This document shows, piece after piece, positions 36,522 through 48,300 of a stretch of 64,000 nt of DNA. The stretch is from contig DATHTH010000137.1 of assembly GCA_035463495.1 (NCBI GenBank), positions 418 through 64,417 of the forward strand, written 5' to 3'. How positions within the stretch are numbered: position 1 is the stretch's first letter; each line of letters starts with the position of its first letter. The stretch comes from Anaerolineales bacterium (lineage in GTDB: Bacteria; Chloroflexota; Anaerolineae; Anaerolineales; Villigracilaceae). The notes below the pieces were generated by a model. The model ran no database searches and was not told where the DNA came from. It worked only from the letters and a program-made list of their open reading frames with translations. A program made the translations under genes and the position numbers.

Positions 36522-37289
36522 ATGATCCAGCCAACATTGTTGTTCGGAGCGGCAATGGCAATCCTCAGTGCAGCCATATACTTCTATGTTGGGCGCGTGC
36601 TCAGCCGGCGACGCGTCGCCTCACCGGATGCACGCCTGGCTTGGACGCTCTTCGTGGTCTGGTGGTACGCGCTCGCATGTAGTACGTTATCTGGCGCCCT
36701 GATCAGCCTGCTAGGGGCATTCAACCTTGCCGGGGTGGCGTTGTTTGTAACATTCAACCATGTAAATCTACTGGCGCTCTGTGTTGCCCTGTTTGGTCTT
36801 ATGTATTATTTGCTCTACCTGTTCACCGGCAGTCGTCGCCTGCTGTGGCCATTAGCCATTTTCTATATCCTATATTACATGTCGCTGATTTATTTTGTCC
36901 AGGCAAGAGTGCCCATTGGGGTCACCGTGGGACGCTGGAATGCGGGTCTTGAGTTTCAAAGAGAACCCACAGGCCCGCTCTTCTTAGTCCTGTTGTTGCT
37001 GCTGATTTTTCCGCAGGTGATTGGCAGCCTCGCATATTTCACGCTGTACTTCCGGGTCAGGACAGTTACCCAGAAGTACCGTATTCTACTCGTTTCATGG
37101 AGCATCATTATCTGGTTCTCGAGTGCATTTCTGGCGAGTATTGCAGGTCTTTCATCGCAAGATTGGTGGCAAGTCACCAGCCGCCTAATCGGATTGGCAG
37201 CCGCTCTGGCAATCCTGCTGGCGTACGATCCGGTGCCCTGGATCCGGCGCCGGTTGGGCGTCAATTCGATTGCTGAAGAGCCAGCTTAA
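36522..37289 (+). CDS. Stand-alone about-7TM membrane protein of unknown function
   Basis: Seven hydrophobic segments by eye; AAGGAG RBS; no cytoplasmic output domain. Confidence 0.75.
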   Translation: MIQPTLLFGAAMAILSAAIYFYVGRVLSRRRVASPDARLAWTLFVVWWYALACSTLSGALISLLGAFNLAGVALFVTFNHVNLLALCVALFGLMYYLLYLFTGSRRLLWPLAIFYILYYMSLIYFVQARVPIGVTVGRWNAGLEFQREPTGPLFLVLLLLLIFPQVIGSLAYFTLYFRVRTVTQKYRILLVSWSIIIWFSSAFLASIAGLSSQDWWQVTSRLIGLAAALAILLAYDPVPWIRRRLGVNSIAEEPA

Positions 37290-37318
37290 ACGCTTATTCT
37301 CATGTTGTAGAAGGAGTA

Positions 37319-37774
37319 TTGATTATGGGTTTGAATCACGAACGCCCGATCGAGATCTTGCTGGTGGAAGATAATCCCGGCGATGTCCGGTTGACACAGG
37401 AAGTCTTCAAGGAGGGCAAAGTCCGGAACCAGCTTAATGTTGCCTGGAACGGGGAGGAGGCGCTGGACTACCTGCGCCGCCAGGGCCGCTTTGCAAGCGC
37501 TCCCCGCCCGGACGTGATCCTGCTCGACCTCAATCTGCCGCGCAAAGGCGGGAAAGAGGTGTTGGCTGAAATCAAAGCCGATCCCAAGCTCAGGTGCATT
37601 CCGGTCGTGATTCTGACCACCTCGCAAGCCGACAAGGATATTGCAGAAAGCTATGATCAGCATGCCAATTGCTACATTGTGAAGCCGGTCGACCTCGACC
37701 ACTTTATCAACGTCGTACGGACGATCGAAGGCTTCTGGCTGCAGATCGTGAAGCTGCCAGCCGGAGAAGAATGA
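37319..37774 (+). CDS. Single-domain response regulator (Rcp1-like)
   Basis: [25 protein letters not shown]; the start may be 37325. Confidence 0.93.
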   Translation: MIMGLNHERPIEILLVEDNPGDVRLTQEVFKEGKVRNQLNVAWNGEEALDYLRRQGRFASAPRPDVILLDLNLPRKGGKEVLAEIKADPKLRCIPVVILTTSQADKDIAESYDQHANCYIVKPVDLDHFINVVRTIEGFWLQIVKLPAGEE

Positions 37775-38898
37775 AGAAGATTGTCAGGGTTCTGCTGGTA
37801 GAAGACGACCCGGCGGACGCCCGCCTGATTCAGCTTGCCCTCAATGAGAGGGAGGAAACCGTCAACCTGGATCTGGTGTGGGTTGAACGCCTCTCGCAGG
37901 CGCTCAAATCCATGACGGAAGGCGGGGCAGATGCAATCCTCCTCGATGTGAACCTTCCCGACAGCCACGGCCTGGACACCGTGATTCGGATGGTAGAGCA
38001 AGCACCCATGGTGCCGATTATTGTGCTCACCGGGCTGGCAGATGATGTGCTGACGATTCAGGCTCTGCAGAAAGGGGCGCAGGATTACCTGGTAAAGGAC
38101 CAGATCGACGGAAATCTGCTGAACCGTACCATCCGCTACGCCATCGAGCGCAAGCGCGCCGAAGAAGAGATCCGCCGGTTGAACGCGGAACTGGAGAGAC
38201 GCGTGATCGAGCGGACAGCCCAGCTGGAGGCCTCTAATAAAGAGCTGGAGGCGTTTGCGTATTCCGTCTCGCATGACCTGCGTACTCCTTTGCGCAGCAT
38301 TGACGGCTACTGCCGGGCACTCTTGGAGGATTTTGGCAGCCAGCTGCCTTCTGAAAGCCTCCCGTATTTAGACCGGATTCACGTTTCTACCATCCACATG
38401 GCGCAGTTGATCGACGATCTGTTGAGTCTCTCGCGTGTGACGCGTGCCTCTGTGGACCATAGCCCAGTTGACCTTAGCGCCATCGCACGGACGATTGTCG
38501 GCGATCTGCAGCGCGAGCAGCCGGAACGCCAGGCTCAATTTTCTATCACCCCGGGCCTCGTTGTGCACGGTGATGCCCGGCTGCTACGGATCGCTCTTGC
38601 CAACCTGTTGAACAATGCCTGGAAGTTCACATCCAAACAAGAAGAAGCCCATATACAGTTTGGTGCTCATCAACAGAACGGGAAAACTGTATTCTTCGTG
38701 CGCGACAATGGGGTCGGCTTTGATATGGACCATGCGGGGAAATTATTCGGCGCCTTCCAGCGACTGCATACCGAGAATGAGTTCCCCGGGACGGGCATCG
38801 GGCTTGCCACTGTGCAGAGGGTGCTGCACAAGCATGGCGGGCGAGTTTGGGCGGAAAGCGCCAGGGACAAAGGGGCTACGTTTTACTTCAGTCTTTGA
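37771..38898 (+). CDS. REC-HisKA-HATPase hybrid kinase
   Basis: LLVEDD..LLDVNLP receiver; [14 protein letters not shown]-box; ATG 37771 overlaps the upstream stop. Confidence 0.93.
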   Translation: MKKIVRVLLVEDDPADARLIQLALNEREETVNLDLVWVERLSQALKSMTEGGADAILLDVNLPDSHGLDTVIRMVEQAPMVPIIVLTGLADDVLTIQALQKGAQDYLVKDQIDGNLLNRTIRYAIERKRAEEEIRRLNAELERRVIERTAQLEASNKELEAFAYSVSHDLRTPLRSIDGYCRALLEDFGSQLPSESLPYLDRIHVSTIHMAQLIDDLLSLSRVTRASVDHSPVDLSAIARTIVGDLQREQPERQAQFSITPGLVVHGDARLLRIALANLLNNAWKFTSKQEEAHIQFGAHQQNGKTVFFVRDNGVGFDMDHAGKLFGAFQRLHTENEFPGTGIGLATVQRVLHKHGGRVWAESARDKGATFYFSL

Positions 38899-38933
38899 CC
38901 CATTCAGGAAAGGCTGGACCATCTGCCCTGAGC

Positions 38934-38957
38934 AAACCCGGCGCGAGGCCGGGATTT
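38934..38957. terminator. Hairpin between convergent genes
   Basis: AAACCCGGC-gcgag-GCCGGGATTT. Confidence 0.5.
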
Positions 38958-38967
38958 CTGTTAAGAC

Positions 38968-39231
38968 TTACTCCTCTATTGCACGCATCCACTGCAGATC
39001 CATTCTTTTTACTACCGAGTCAAGCTCCACCCGCAGGCAATCTGTCTCTTCTTTGAGGCTCCGGCTTTCTTCGAGCACAACTTCCAGCCGGCAGAGGTGA
39101 GCGCGTATCTCCCACAAGGTCCGTCGGAGAGCGGCCAGGTTGTCCAGTAACCGCTCGCTCTCTGCCATCGACTCGAATCTTGTCTCATACTCTGTGCCTT
39201 TTATAAAAACATCATAGTGATTTAGCTGCAT
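38968..39231 (-). CDS. Small hypothetical coiled-coil protein
   Basis: AAGGA RBS; heptad-like Leu/Glu/Arg-rich 87 aa. Confidence 0.5.
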   Translation of the reverse strand: MQLNHYDVFIKGTEYETRFESMAESERLLDNLAALRRTLWEIRAHLCRLEVVLEESRSLKEETDCLRVELDSVVKRMDLQWMRAIEE

Positions 39232-39415
39232 TGGTTCATATCCTTGTCCTCATCGAATGAGTCAAATTCAATACACAGAAGCCGCCCGGGCAATTGGGAG
39301 CAGCGGATTGAATACTTGACGGGCAAGACAAGGGATTGTTACAGCGAATAGCGATAAAGAAGCCTGGCGGCTGCCCGGCTTTCCCACCGAGCCGCTTTCG
39401 GCGTCCGGTATGATG

Positions 39416-39958
39416 TCAGCTTTCCTGGAGCAGCACGTGAATATCGATCCACCCATAGCCTGCTTCAGTGATTATTTTCCCGCCGATCTCCTGATGTTTC
39501 TCGCGCACAAATATTCCACCCAGGGATTCATAAAACCTTCGATAAGGATTTTCGGCAATGACCCAGACCAGCATGCTTTTGAGTCCCATCACTTGCGTCA
39601 AATGCCGAGCACAGGCCGCGACGAGGGCTCTCCCGATCCCTTGATTCTGGTAGGCAGGTAATACGTAAAGCACATATATCTCACCCTCGTATGCCGGGTC
39701 TGGTTCCTGACTCGGACCGCAGATCGCAATCCCCACGATGTGGTTCTGCTCGTCCTCGGCGACGAAGATCCCAAGACCTCGATCCCCATCCTCCCAGAAA
39801 GCTTTACGCCAGTTTTCCGCCAGGGCTTCGGCGGACAGGGCCTGGAGAAAAGCATCGGGGATCATGCCCCTGTAGGTGGCTCTCCAGGTTTCCACACGGA
39901 CAACCGCCATATCCTGGGCATCATTCATCTCTGCTGCTCGAATCTGAAAGGTAGACAT
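39416..39958 (-). CDS. GNAT N-acetyltransferase
   Basis: LYVLPAYQNQGIGRALV and FYESLGG motifs. Confidence 0.9.
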   Translation of the reverse strand: MSTFQIRAAEMNDAQDMAVVRVETWRATYRGMIPDAFLQALSAEALAENWRKAFWEDGDRGLGIFVAEDEQNHIVGIAICGPSQEPDPAYEGEIYVLYVLPAYQNQGIGRALVAACARHLTQVMGLKSMLVWVIAENPYRRFYESLGGIFVREKHQEIGGKIITEAGYGWIDIHVLLQES

Positions 39959-40003
39959 ATTCCCGCTCCCGAGGAAAGGGCCCATGATAAGGAGACAAAA
40001 CCG

Positions 40004-40609
40004 TCAGGGAAGAATGCTGACGTTGATCCGCCCGGTCGAGTCGGGCAACCCGCAGCTCGAGCGAATCCGAACGCGCAGCATATCATAGTCCGCGTTGGGC
40101 GGGCGATAGACGGTGTCACAGCTGAAGGGGTCGTCAAGCGCGGCGCCGGCAGCGGAGGTCCAGGCGCAATCGGATGCTGGATCAAGCAGCTGGGGATTGA
40201 TACCTACAGCCGAGCCGCGCTTGAGCGAGACAGTCTCGGCACTCTCGACGATGGTGCTCCTGTTTGCCCGAATGATCAGGAATCCGCGCAGGTTCGGGAT
40301 CTGACCTGTAGCATAGCCGAGCGGAGAGATGGCATACGTGCCCAGCCAGAGCGTGACGAGCATTAGGAGCAGATATCCGGCAATCACAGCGGCGACATAT
40401 CCCGCCCGCAGCCAGCGCACGAATACAAGCTGGGTAAGCCACCCAACGCCCAGCGAGAGCACCAGGCGCTCCGCCCGAGGATATGTGCAGGGAATTATGC
40501 CCGCATCGGAAAAACGGTCCAGTACGCTATATGAGATCGAGGCCAGGAACAGGCCTGCGAGGATTGACAAGAAAAGGAAGCTGTTGCCTGGCTGGTGATT
40601 CAATCTCAT
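40004..40609 (-). CDS. Hypothetical protein, about 3 N-terminal TMs plus Cys-containing beta-rich C-terminal domain
   Basis: Track ORF; hydrophobic N-half; C..W..C..C in the C-half. Confidence 0.55.
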   Translation of the reverse strand: MRLNHQPGNSFLFLSILAGLFLASISYSVLDRFSDAGIIPCTYPRAERLVLSLGVGWLTQLVFVRWLRAGYVAAVIAGYLLLMLVTLWLGTYAISPLGYATGQIPNLRGFLIIRANRSTIVESAETVSLKRGSAVGINPQLLDPASDCAWTSAAGAALDDPFSCDTVYRPPNADYDMLRVRIRSSCGLPDSTGRINVSILP

Positions 40610-40672
40610 GTGATGCTTGACTGTTCTCCGCGTTACGCTTTTCTATTTTCGTCATCGAGGCACTCAAAAACT

Positions 40673-41041
40673 CTATCGCCACAACGCTCTGATCAACCGC
40701 TGAGTGATCAAGAAACCGAGCAGGGCGCCGAACGCGAATCCGAGGAGCGGCTCACGCGCCTAGTAGACCACCAGGCTGCTGAACAGGATCGAGAGAATCA
40801 CCGACCCGGATTCGGCAAGAGTGCGTGCCGTCGCGGGAGAGGACTCTACCTGGCGATCTGCATTAATCACCCTGATCTCATCGTCTGTGGGCAAGTGAAT
40901 TTTTCTCATTTGCCGCTGCCGTTCCTGAAATTGTCTTCTATCGAGTTCGCGCCGCTCCAGTCACAACTGGAACAGCGCGGTGATAATCGAGGTGACGAGG
41001 CTCCGTACAGCACCCTTGATTGCCCCTCAGATCATTACCAT
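40673..41041 (-). pseudogene. Decayed membrane-protein gene with three in-frame stops
   Basis: 123-codon frame MVMI*GAIKG...LFQL*LERRE...LVVY*AREPLLGFAFG...LWR*. Stops: TGA 41027-41029, TGA 40961-40963, TAG 40760-40762. Confidence 0.5.
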
Positions 41042-41332
41042 TAAATCACGTTCTATACGAATGTGCTCCTTTGCAAGCCTCGTCTACCTCGCTAGCGGCA
41101 AATAGGAAGAGTTAGCCCTCCTGGCTCGTGCATACGATGAGATTCTAACACGGAGGTTGTTTTTTGATTTCGTGTTTCCAGTACCCGGGCACGCTTCTCA
41201 AACGAATACGGGAAAACCCGCCCTGTGAGAAACTGCAGTGTTTCTGTACTATAATTCAAGCACTGGGGACATAAACTGGCAAATTCATCAACGAACACAT
41301 TGCCGAGATCATTATTAAACTAGGAGGCTGCC

Positions 41333-42304
41333 GTGATCAATCATCTTCTTGTCCCGCTGGATGGCTCAAGCTTAGCCGAATGTGTCCTGCCGCATGTCAT
41401 CGCCCTCGCGCCGATGAGCAATGCGAAAGTCAGCCTCCTGCACGTCATGCAGCAGCCTCAACATGGAGGCGGCGTACCTGCCGTAGATCCCATCGAATGG
41501 CACCTGCAGAAACAGAGCTCAGAAAAATATCTCGACCAGGTCATGATGCAGATGAACAGCGCGGGTGTACTGGGAGTGGAACGGGTGATTCTGGAGGGTA
41601 ACCCGGCGAATACGGTGATCGAATATGCCCAGAGCAACAACGTAGATCTGATTGTGCTGAGCACCCACGGGCAGAGCGGGCTGAGCGGCTGGAACGTAAG
41701 CAGCGTGGTCCAGAAAATTCTCCTGCGCGCCTATAAATCGATCCTGCTGGTGCGTGCCTACACCCCTTCTGTCTTCGCGGATATGACCCGGGTGCGCTAC
41801 AAACGCCTGTTCGTGGGCATGGATGGGTCGCCGCGCTCGGAGTTCGTTCTGCCCTTTGCCATCGGGCTGGCGCGCTTCCACAAAGCCCAATTGATTCTTG
41901 AAACGGTCATCGAAAAGCCACAGACGGTCAACCGCTTCCCACTCGCCAAAGAAGACGAAGACTGGATTGACAAGTTTGTCGAAAAGAATTATCAGGCTGC
42001 CTCACGCTACCAGGAGCATCTGCTGGCTCAGTTCTCGTTGCAGGATGTCGAGTTGAAAGCACATGTCTCGATCGGCGATAACGCCATCGCCGTGCTGCAC
42101 GATATGGCAGACGAAGCCAATGCAGATCTGGTGCTGCTCGCGGCACATGGTCACTCCGGAGAGAAGCGCTGGCCCTATGGCAGCCTGACTACCGGCTTCA
42201 TTGCCTATGGCAACAGCTCGCTGCTCATCCTTCAGGACCTGCCCGAGGGAGAGATCCACCAGACCCGCGCGGAGATCGCCGCCCGCGAAAGCCGGGGACA
42301 TTGA
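41333..42304 (+). CDS. Universal stress protein, tandem USP domains
   Basis: LVPLDGSSLAE..STHGQSG and FVGMDGSPRSE..AAHGHSG..YGS motifs; AGGAGG RBS. Confidence 0.93.
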   Translation: MINHLLVPLDGSSLAECVLPHVIALAPMSNAKVSLLHVMQQPQHGGGVPAVDPIEWHLQKQSSEKYLDQVMMQMNSAGVLGVERVILEGNPANTVIEYAQSNNVDLIVLSTHGQSGLSGWNVSSVVQKILLRAYKSILLVRAYTPSVFADMTRVRYKRLFVGMDGSPRSEFVLPFAIGLARFHKAQLILETVIEKPQTVNRFPLAKEDEDWIDKFVEKNYQAASRYQEHLLAQFSLQDVELKAHVSIGDNAIAVLHDMADEANADLVLLAAHGHSGEKRWPYGSLTTGFIAYGNSSLLILQDLPEGEIHQTRAEIAARESRGH

Positions 42305-42307
42305 TCG

Positions 42308-45300
42308 ATGCGCAACACGGCCCCTGTTGCAAGTGAAATCGACACCACAAAACCCAATACTCCCGATCTCGAACCGGCTGAAGACCCGGTCGTTGCCCTG
42401 GCGCGCACGTTGAGCGATGCCCGGCCGCGCCGGACGGGCTTCCCCATTCCTGCGCGGCTCGGGCAGTTCACGGCATTCTTTCGAAGCTGCTATGAATTTT
42501 TCAGCGGATCTGCCAGCCTGGAGCTGGCAACCTCGCAAACTGCCGAATGGCTGCTGGATAACTTATATGTGATCGAGCAAGCCATCCGGCAGATCGAGCA
42601 GGATCTGCCGGTGGATTATTTCAACCGCCTGCCAAAGACGACGACTGGCTGGGCGCGTGTTTACCTCGTCGCGCTGGCCAATACCCATGGAAAAGATACG
42701 CGCCTGGATCTCAAGCAGCTAATAAGTTTCCTAGAAACATTTCAGGAGATAACGCCTCTCACTACCGGTGAAATCTGGGCGCTGCCGCTGATGCTGCGGC
42801 TGGCTGTACTCGAGTTGCTCGCCGAAGCGCTGGCGCAAGTCACCGGGCTGCCCTGGGAAACGATGTCCATACCTGCGCTCGAGGACGAGGCTGATTCTGC
42901 CAGACCGGCGACCGATGTCATCATCGCCGACTCAGTAATGAACTTGCGCCGGCTGGCTACCCAGGATTGGAAGGCGTTCTTCGAAGATGTGAGTGTGCTG
43001 GAGAAGCTCCTGCGCAGCGACCCGGCAGGCATATATTCACAGATGGATTTCGACACCCGCAACCGTTACCGTAATGTTGTCGAAGAACTGGCAAATGGCT
43101 CGCCCATCGGAGAAAAAGGCATTGCCAGGCAGGCAATTGAACTGGCACAGGCGGGCGAAAACGCGTCCGTGCGTGAACGACATATCGGCTATTACCTGAT
43201 GGTCCCTGGCAGAAAGCTGCTCGAAGAGCGCATCAACTTCCGGCCCACCTTCTCCGGCGCGTTGGTGCGTTTTGTTCAGGAGAACGCCACGGCTGTCTAT
43301 CTGGGCAGCATCACGACCTTAACCCTGATCCTGACTATACTGGTAGTGTGGTATGCCCTCCGGGCTGGAGGCAGCACGCCCCAGGCTGTGATCGCGGGTT
43401 TGCTCACGCTCCTGCCAGCTTCTTCTGTAGCCATCGAGATCGTGCACTGGCTTGTTGTTGCCATCATTCCACCACGCACGCTTCCCAAGCTGAACTTCCA
43501 ACCTGGCAGCCCTGAGGGCGAGGGCGGCGTCCCGCCAGAATACCGCACCATGGTGGTCATCCCTGGCTTGCTGGCAACAGAAAAGGACACGCCATTCCTG
43601 CTCAGGCAGATCGAGCATCACTTCATTGGCAACAGCGACCCGAATATCTTTTTCGCGCTGCTAACCGATTTTGCGGATGCACCCGAAAAGGACATGCCGG
43701 GCGATGAAGAACCCGTATCGCAGACAAGCGCCGCGATCGAGGAGCTGAATAAAAAATATGGCTCCACCAGCTATCAGCCTTTTTACTTCTTTCACCGGTC
43801 TCGTGTGTGGAATGAACGTGAAGAGAAGTGGATGGGATGGGAGCGTAAGCGCGGCAAGCTGGAAGAATTCAACAGACTGCTCCGCGGTGAGGACGAAACG
43901 ACCTTCACTACCAAAGTGGGAGACTTAAGAGTTCTACCCTCCATTCGCTATGTAATAACTCTGGATGCAGATACAGGGTTACCACGCGAAGCTGCCCGGC
44001 AGCTGATCGGCACCCTTGCGCATCCGCTCAACCAGGCGGAGTTCGATCCGCAGACCGGCGAGGTCATTGCCGGGCATACCATCCTCCAGCCGCGCGTTCA
44101 GGTACGACCCTCCTCGGCGAACCAGTCCCTCTTTACGCGCGTATATTCCGGCGATTCAGTCATCGATCTTTATACACGCGCGGTTTCCGATGTCTACCAG
44201 GATCTTTTCGATGAAGGGAATTATGTCGGCAAGGGTATCTATGATGTGGAGGCGTTTCAGCGCAGCCTGGACGGCAAGATCCCCGAGAACCACCTGTTGA
44301 GTCATGACCTCTTTGAAGGCATGCATGGACGCGTAGGGCTGGTGAGCGACGTGGTGCTGTTCGAGGATTACCCGCCGCACTACATCGTTTATACCGACCG
44401 CCTGCACCGCTGGGTGCGCGGCGACTGGCAGTTATTGCCCTGGCTGCGAAGCCGGGTGCCTCATCGCACAAAAGGCAGCGCGCCCAACACGCTGTCCAGC
44501 ATTGATCGCTGGAAACTGTTCGATAATTTGCGGCGCAGCCTGCTGCCCCCGGGCGTGTTAGCGCTTTTGATCAGCGGCTGGCTGCTCCTGCCTGAATCGA
44601 GCCTGGTCTGGATGCTCGTTGCCCTTTCCCCCTACCTGGCGCCCGTGTTGATGAATTTCATGGGCGAGGTCCGGCATAGCTTTTCGAAACAGCATTCCAC
44701 GCGGGTCACGCGCCCGCTGCGCCTGTCGCTGCTGCGGTCGTTGTTCGAGATCATTTTCCTGCCCCATGAAGCCTACGTCATCTTCGACGCGGTGACCAGT
44801 ACGCTGGTGAGACTGTATATCACCCGCAGGCATTTCTTACAGTGGGTCAGTGCCGCCCATACGGTACAGTTATTCGGCAAGCGGCTGCATTTGAAATCCG
44901 CCTGGCAGGCGATGATCGGCGCCCCGCTGCTGGCCTTGTTATTCTTTGTGATGCTGCTCTTTTTGTTTCCTGCCACACTGCCGGCAGCCGCCCCATTCCT
45001 GTTGGTTTGGATCCTGTCCCCCTATATCGCCACGCGCATCAGCCAGCCATTCCAGAGACCGGTGACCCGTTTGCTGCCGGACCAGGAACACAAGTTGCGG
45101 CTGGTGGCGCGTTCCACCTGGCTCTATTTCGAGCACTTCGTCGGTCCCGAGGATCGCTGGCTCCCACCCGACCATTTCCAGGAATCCCCGCGCGGACAAG
45201 TGGCGCACCGCACCTCGCCTACCAATATTGGCTTGATGCTGCTATCGACCCTCTCTGCCCATGACCTGGGCTACATCGGTCCGCTCGAGCTCTCCCTGCG

Positions 45301-48300
45301 GCTGCGAGATTCGCTCGACAGCATGGACAAGCTGGAGCGAGCCCGCGGTCACTTCTTGAACTGGTATGACACGCGTACCTTTGCCCCGCTGCCCCCGCGC
45401 TATGTGTCCACGGTGGATTCCGGTAACCTGGCTGCCAGTTTGATCGCTTTGCGCCAGGGTTGTTATGGAATTGGCAGTGCAAACCTCCTGAACTGGGATG
45501 GGCTGTTGGATACGCTCGGCATGCTGTCGATGTCGCTCGAACAGGCGGGGCTCGGCACCGTCGCGCAGGCGTTGCAGGCGGCAGTCACTGCCCTTGAAGA
45601 ACAGGTCAGGAACCTCAACAATCCCGAGACGTTTTCACCTGCCCTTCTTAAAGAGGTGTTACGCGAGGATCAGGTCCAATTTGAATCCATGCTGTGGGAG
45701 GCGATCCAGAATTCCAGTGAGGAATACGCGCCGGAAGTGACGCGCAGGCTTTCGGTCTGGATCGACCGGGTACGGCAGCAGTTGCGGCGCACTCGCATCG
45801 ACGTTCAGGTGCTCGCGCCCTGGCTGCTCTCACTGGCAGAAAAACCGCAGCTTACCCGCCTCGAAGAACGACCTGAACTGGCGAAAGCCTGGCAGGCGCT
45901 CGACGAAAACCTGGACTTGCGGCCGCGGCTTGGCGAAATTCCCGCCATCACTCGTCACGCCGAGAACCTACTCGAGGAGATCACCAGCCTGCTCGAGCAC
46001 GATGACCTGGCTGTCTACGAATGGTGTGACACCCTAACGTATGACCTGGGTGCGGCGCGTAAGAACGCTGCGTCTCTATTAGACAATTACGCCCAGCTGG
46101 CCGACCGCTGCGAAGCCTTCGTCCAGGCAATGCGCTTCGATTTTCTTTACAATCCGCAGCGCCACGTTTTTCATATCGGATATAGCGTGGATTCCGGGCG
46201 GCTCGACTCCAACTATTATGATCTGCTGGCATCCGAGGCACGGATTGCCAGCCTGGTGGCGATCGCGCGCGGCGATGTGCCGCAAAATCACTGGCTGCAT
46301 CTCGCCCGCCCGCTAACAGAATTCGAGGGGACACGCTGCCTGCTTTCCTGGAGCGGCACCATGTTCGAATACCTCATGCCGCACCTGTTCATGGAGAGCT
46401 ACCCCAACACGCTGATCGACCAGAGCTGCCGGGCAGCCATCGAGCAGCACATTAAGTACGGGGTAGAGAATAACATCCCCTGGGGTACCTCCGAGGCGAG
46501 CTACTACAACTTCGATGCGGCCCAGGTCTACCAGTATCAGGCATTTGGTGTCCCCAGCCTGGGATATAAGCGCGGCCTGTCAAACGATCTGGTGGTGGCG
46601 CCGTATGCCTCTCTGCTGGCGCTGCCCTTTATGCCGCAGGAGGTGCTGCAAAATCTAAAACGCCTCGAGGACCTCGAGATGTGGGGGCTGTATGGATTTT
46701 ATGAATCGATCGATTTCACCAAGGAGCGGCTGCGGACCGGCGAAGACTACGCCATCATCCGCTCGTTCATGGTGCACCACCAGGGCATGGTTCTGCTTTC
46801 CCTGTGCAACGTGCTACTCGACAAACGGATGATCCGTCGCTTCCACGCCGACCCGCGCATCGAGAGTGTGGAACTGCTCCTGCAGGAACATACGCCCGAC
46901 AATGCACCCACTGAGCATCCCCGCCACCAGCAGGCGGAGACGGCCTGGCCCAGCACGACCATCCCGCTGGACCCGTGGCAGGTCACACCGGACGCACCCT
47001 ATATCCAGGTGCATTCGCTGTCCAATGGAAGCTATAGCCTCTTAATCAGTGCGGCGGGAAGTGGCTTTAGCCGCTGGGAGGATATCGAGCTGACGCGCTG
47101 GCGCGACGATCCTACCTTAAACGACCGCGGCAGCTGGATTTACGTGGAGGACCGCCTTAACGGCCAGCTGTGGTCTGCTACGCGCCAGCCAACGCTCCGG
47201 ACCCCCGAACACCGTGAGGTAAATTTTTACCCGCACCGGGTCGAATTCGAGCGGCAGGATGGCGACATTGTCGTGCGTACTCTGGTGGCGGTCGCAGCCA
47301 ATGAGGATGTTGAGATCCGCCGGGTAACCCTCACCAACCAGGGCGGGCATTCACGTGTCCTGGCCCTCACCAGTTATGCTGAGATCATCCTCAACCAGCA
47401 ATCCGCCGACCAGCGTCATCCGGCATTCAATAAGCTGTTTATCGAGAGCGAGTTCCTCGAGCAGGAGCAGTTACTTCTCTATCGTCGCCGGCCGCGCACA
47501 GCAAGTGAAAAGCCGGTCTACCTGGCGCACTTCTTCACCAGCAGCCACGAGCAGATCAGCCTGACCGGCTACGAAACGGACCGGCTCAAGTTCCTGGGGC
47601 GCGGCGGTACGCCCTGGCGACCGGCGGTCTTCGCAACGCCTAACCAGACCTCCGTGCTTTCCAGCACCGCCGGCGCCACACTCGACCCCATCTGTTCCCT
47701 GCAGGCGGAGATTATCCTGCGTCCATACCAGACCGCACAGGTTGCGTTCCTGACCCTGGCGGCACATTCGCGCAAGGAAGCCATCGACCTGGCGCAGCGC
47801 TACCGCCGCTGGTCGCAGATTAGTCGTGCCTTCCAGGAGAGCCGCATCCAGACGGAGCACGAGCTCGCCCAGCTCAACCTCACGTCCCACCTTGTGGAGC
47901 GCATTCAGAAGCTGCTCTCCCCACTGGTCTATCTTTCGAGTGCATTGAGAGCCCAGCCTGACCTATTGAACAGCAATACACTGGGACAGCCTGGACTGTG
48001 GGCATTTGGCATTTCGGGCGATTATCCCATCCTGCTGGTGCTGATGCACCGGGAAGAGGATCTCGACCTGTTAGGAGAGGTCGTCCAGGCGCACACCTAC
48101 TGGCGCAAACGCGGGCTGATGATCGACCTGGTGATCTTCAACCAGAGAGCGAGCAGTTATGATCAGGGCTTCAAGAGCAGCATCCATCGCCTGCTTGAGC
48201 GCACGGGCAGCGAGACCTGGCTGGGCAAACGCGGCGGCATCTTCCTTCTGCAGGAGGACCAGATGAATGAAGCAGAGCGCGTCCTGTTGCGAACGGTCGC

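Noticed and set aside
36522-37289. Microbial rhodopsin
   Set aside because: There is no Lys in the seventh helix and no DxxxK motif.
40595-41044. Track ORF on + strand (149 aa)
   Set aside because: Its composition is typical of the antisense shadow of a hydrophobic gene. The minus frame is more protein-like.
41208-41255. Motif B promoter for the USP-glucan synthase operon (ACGGG-AAAA-CCCGC ... TATAAT)
   Set aside because: The box lies 28 nt from the -10, matching neither the 22-nt nor the 46-47-nt spacing. It is suggestive only.
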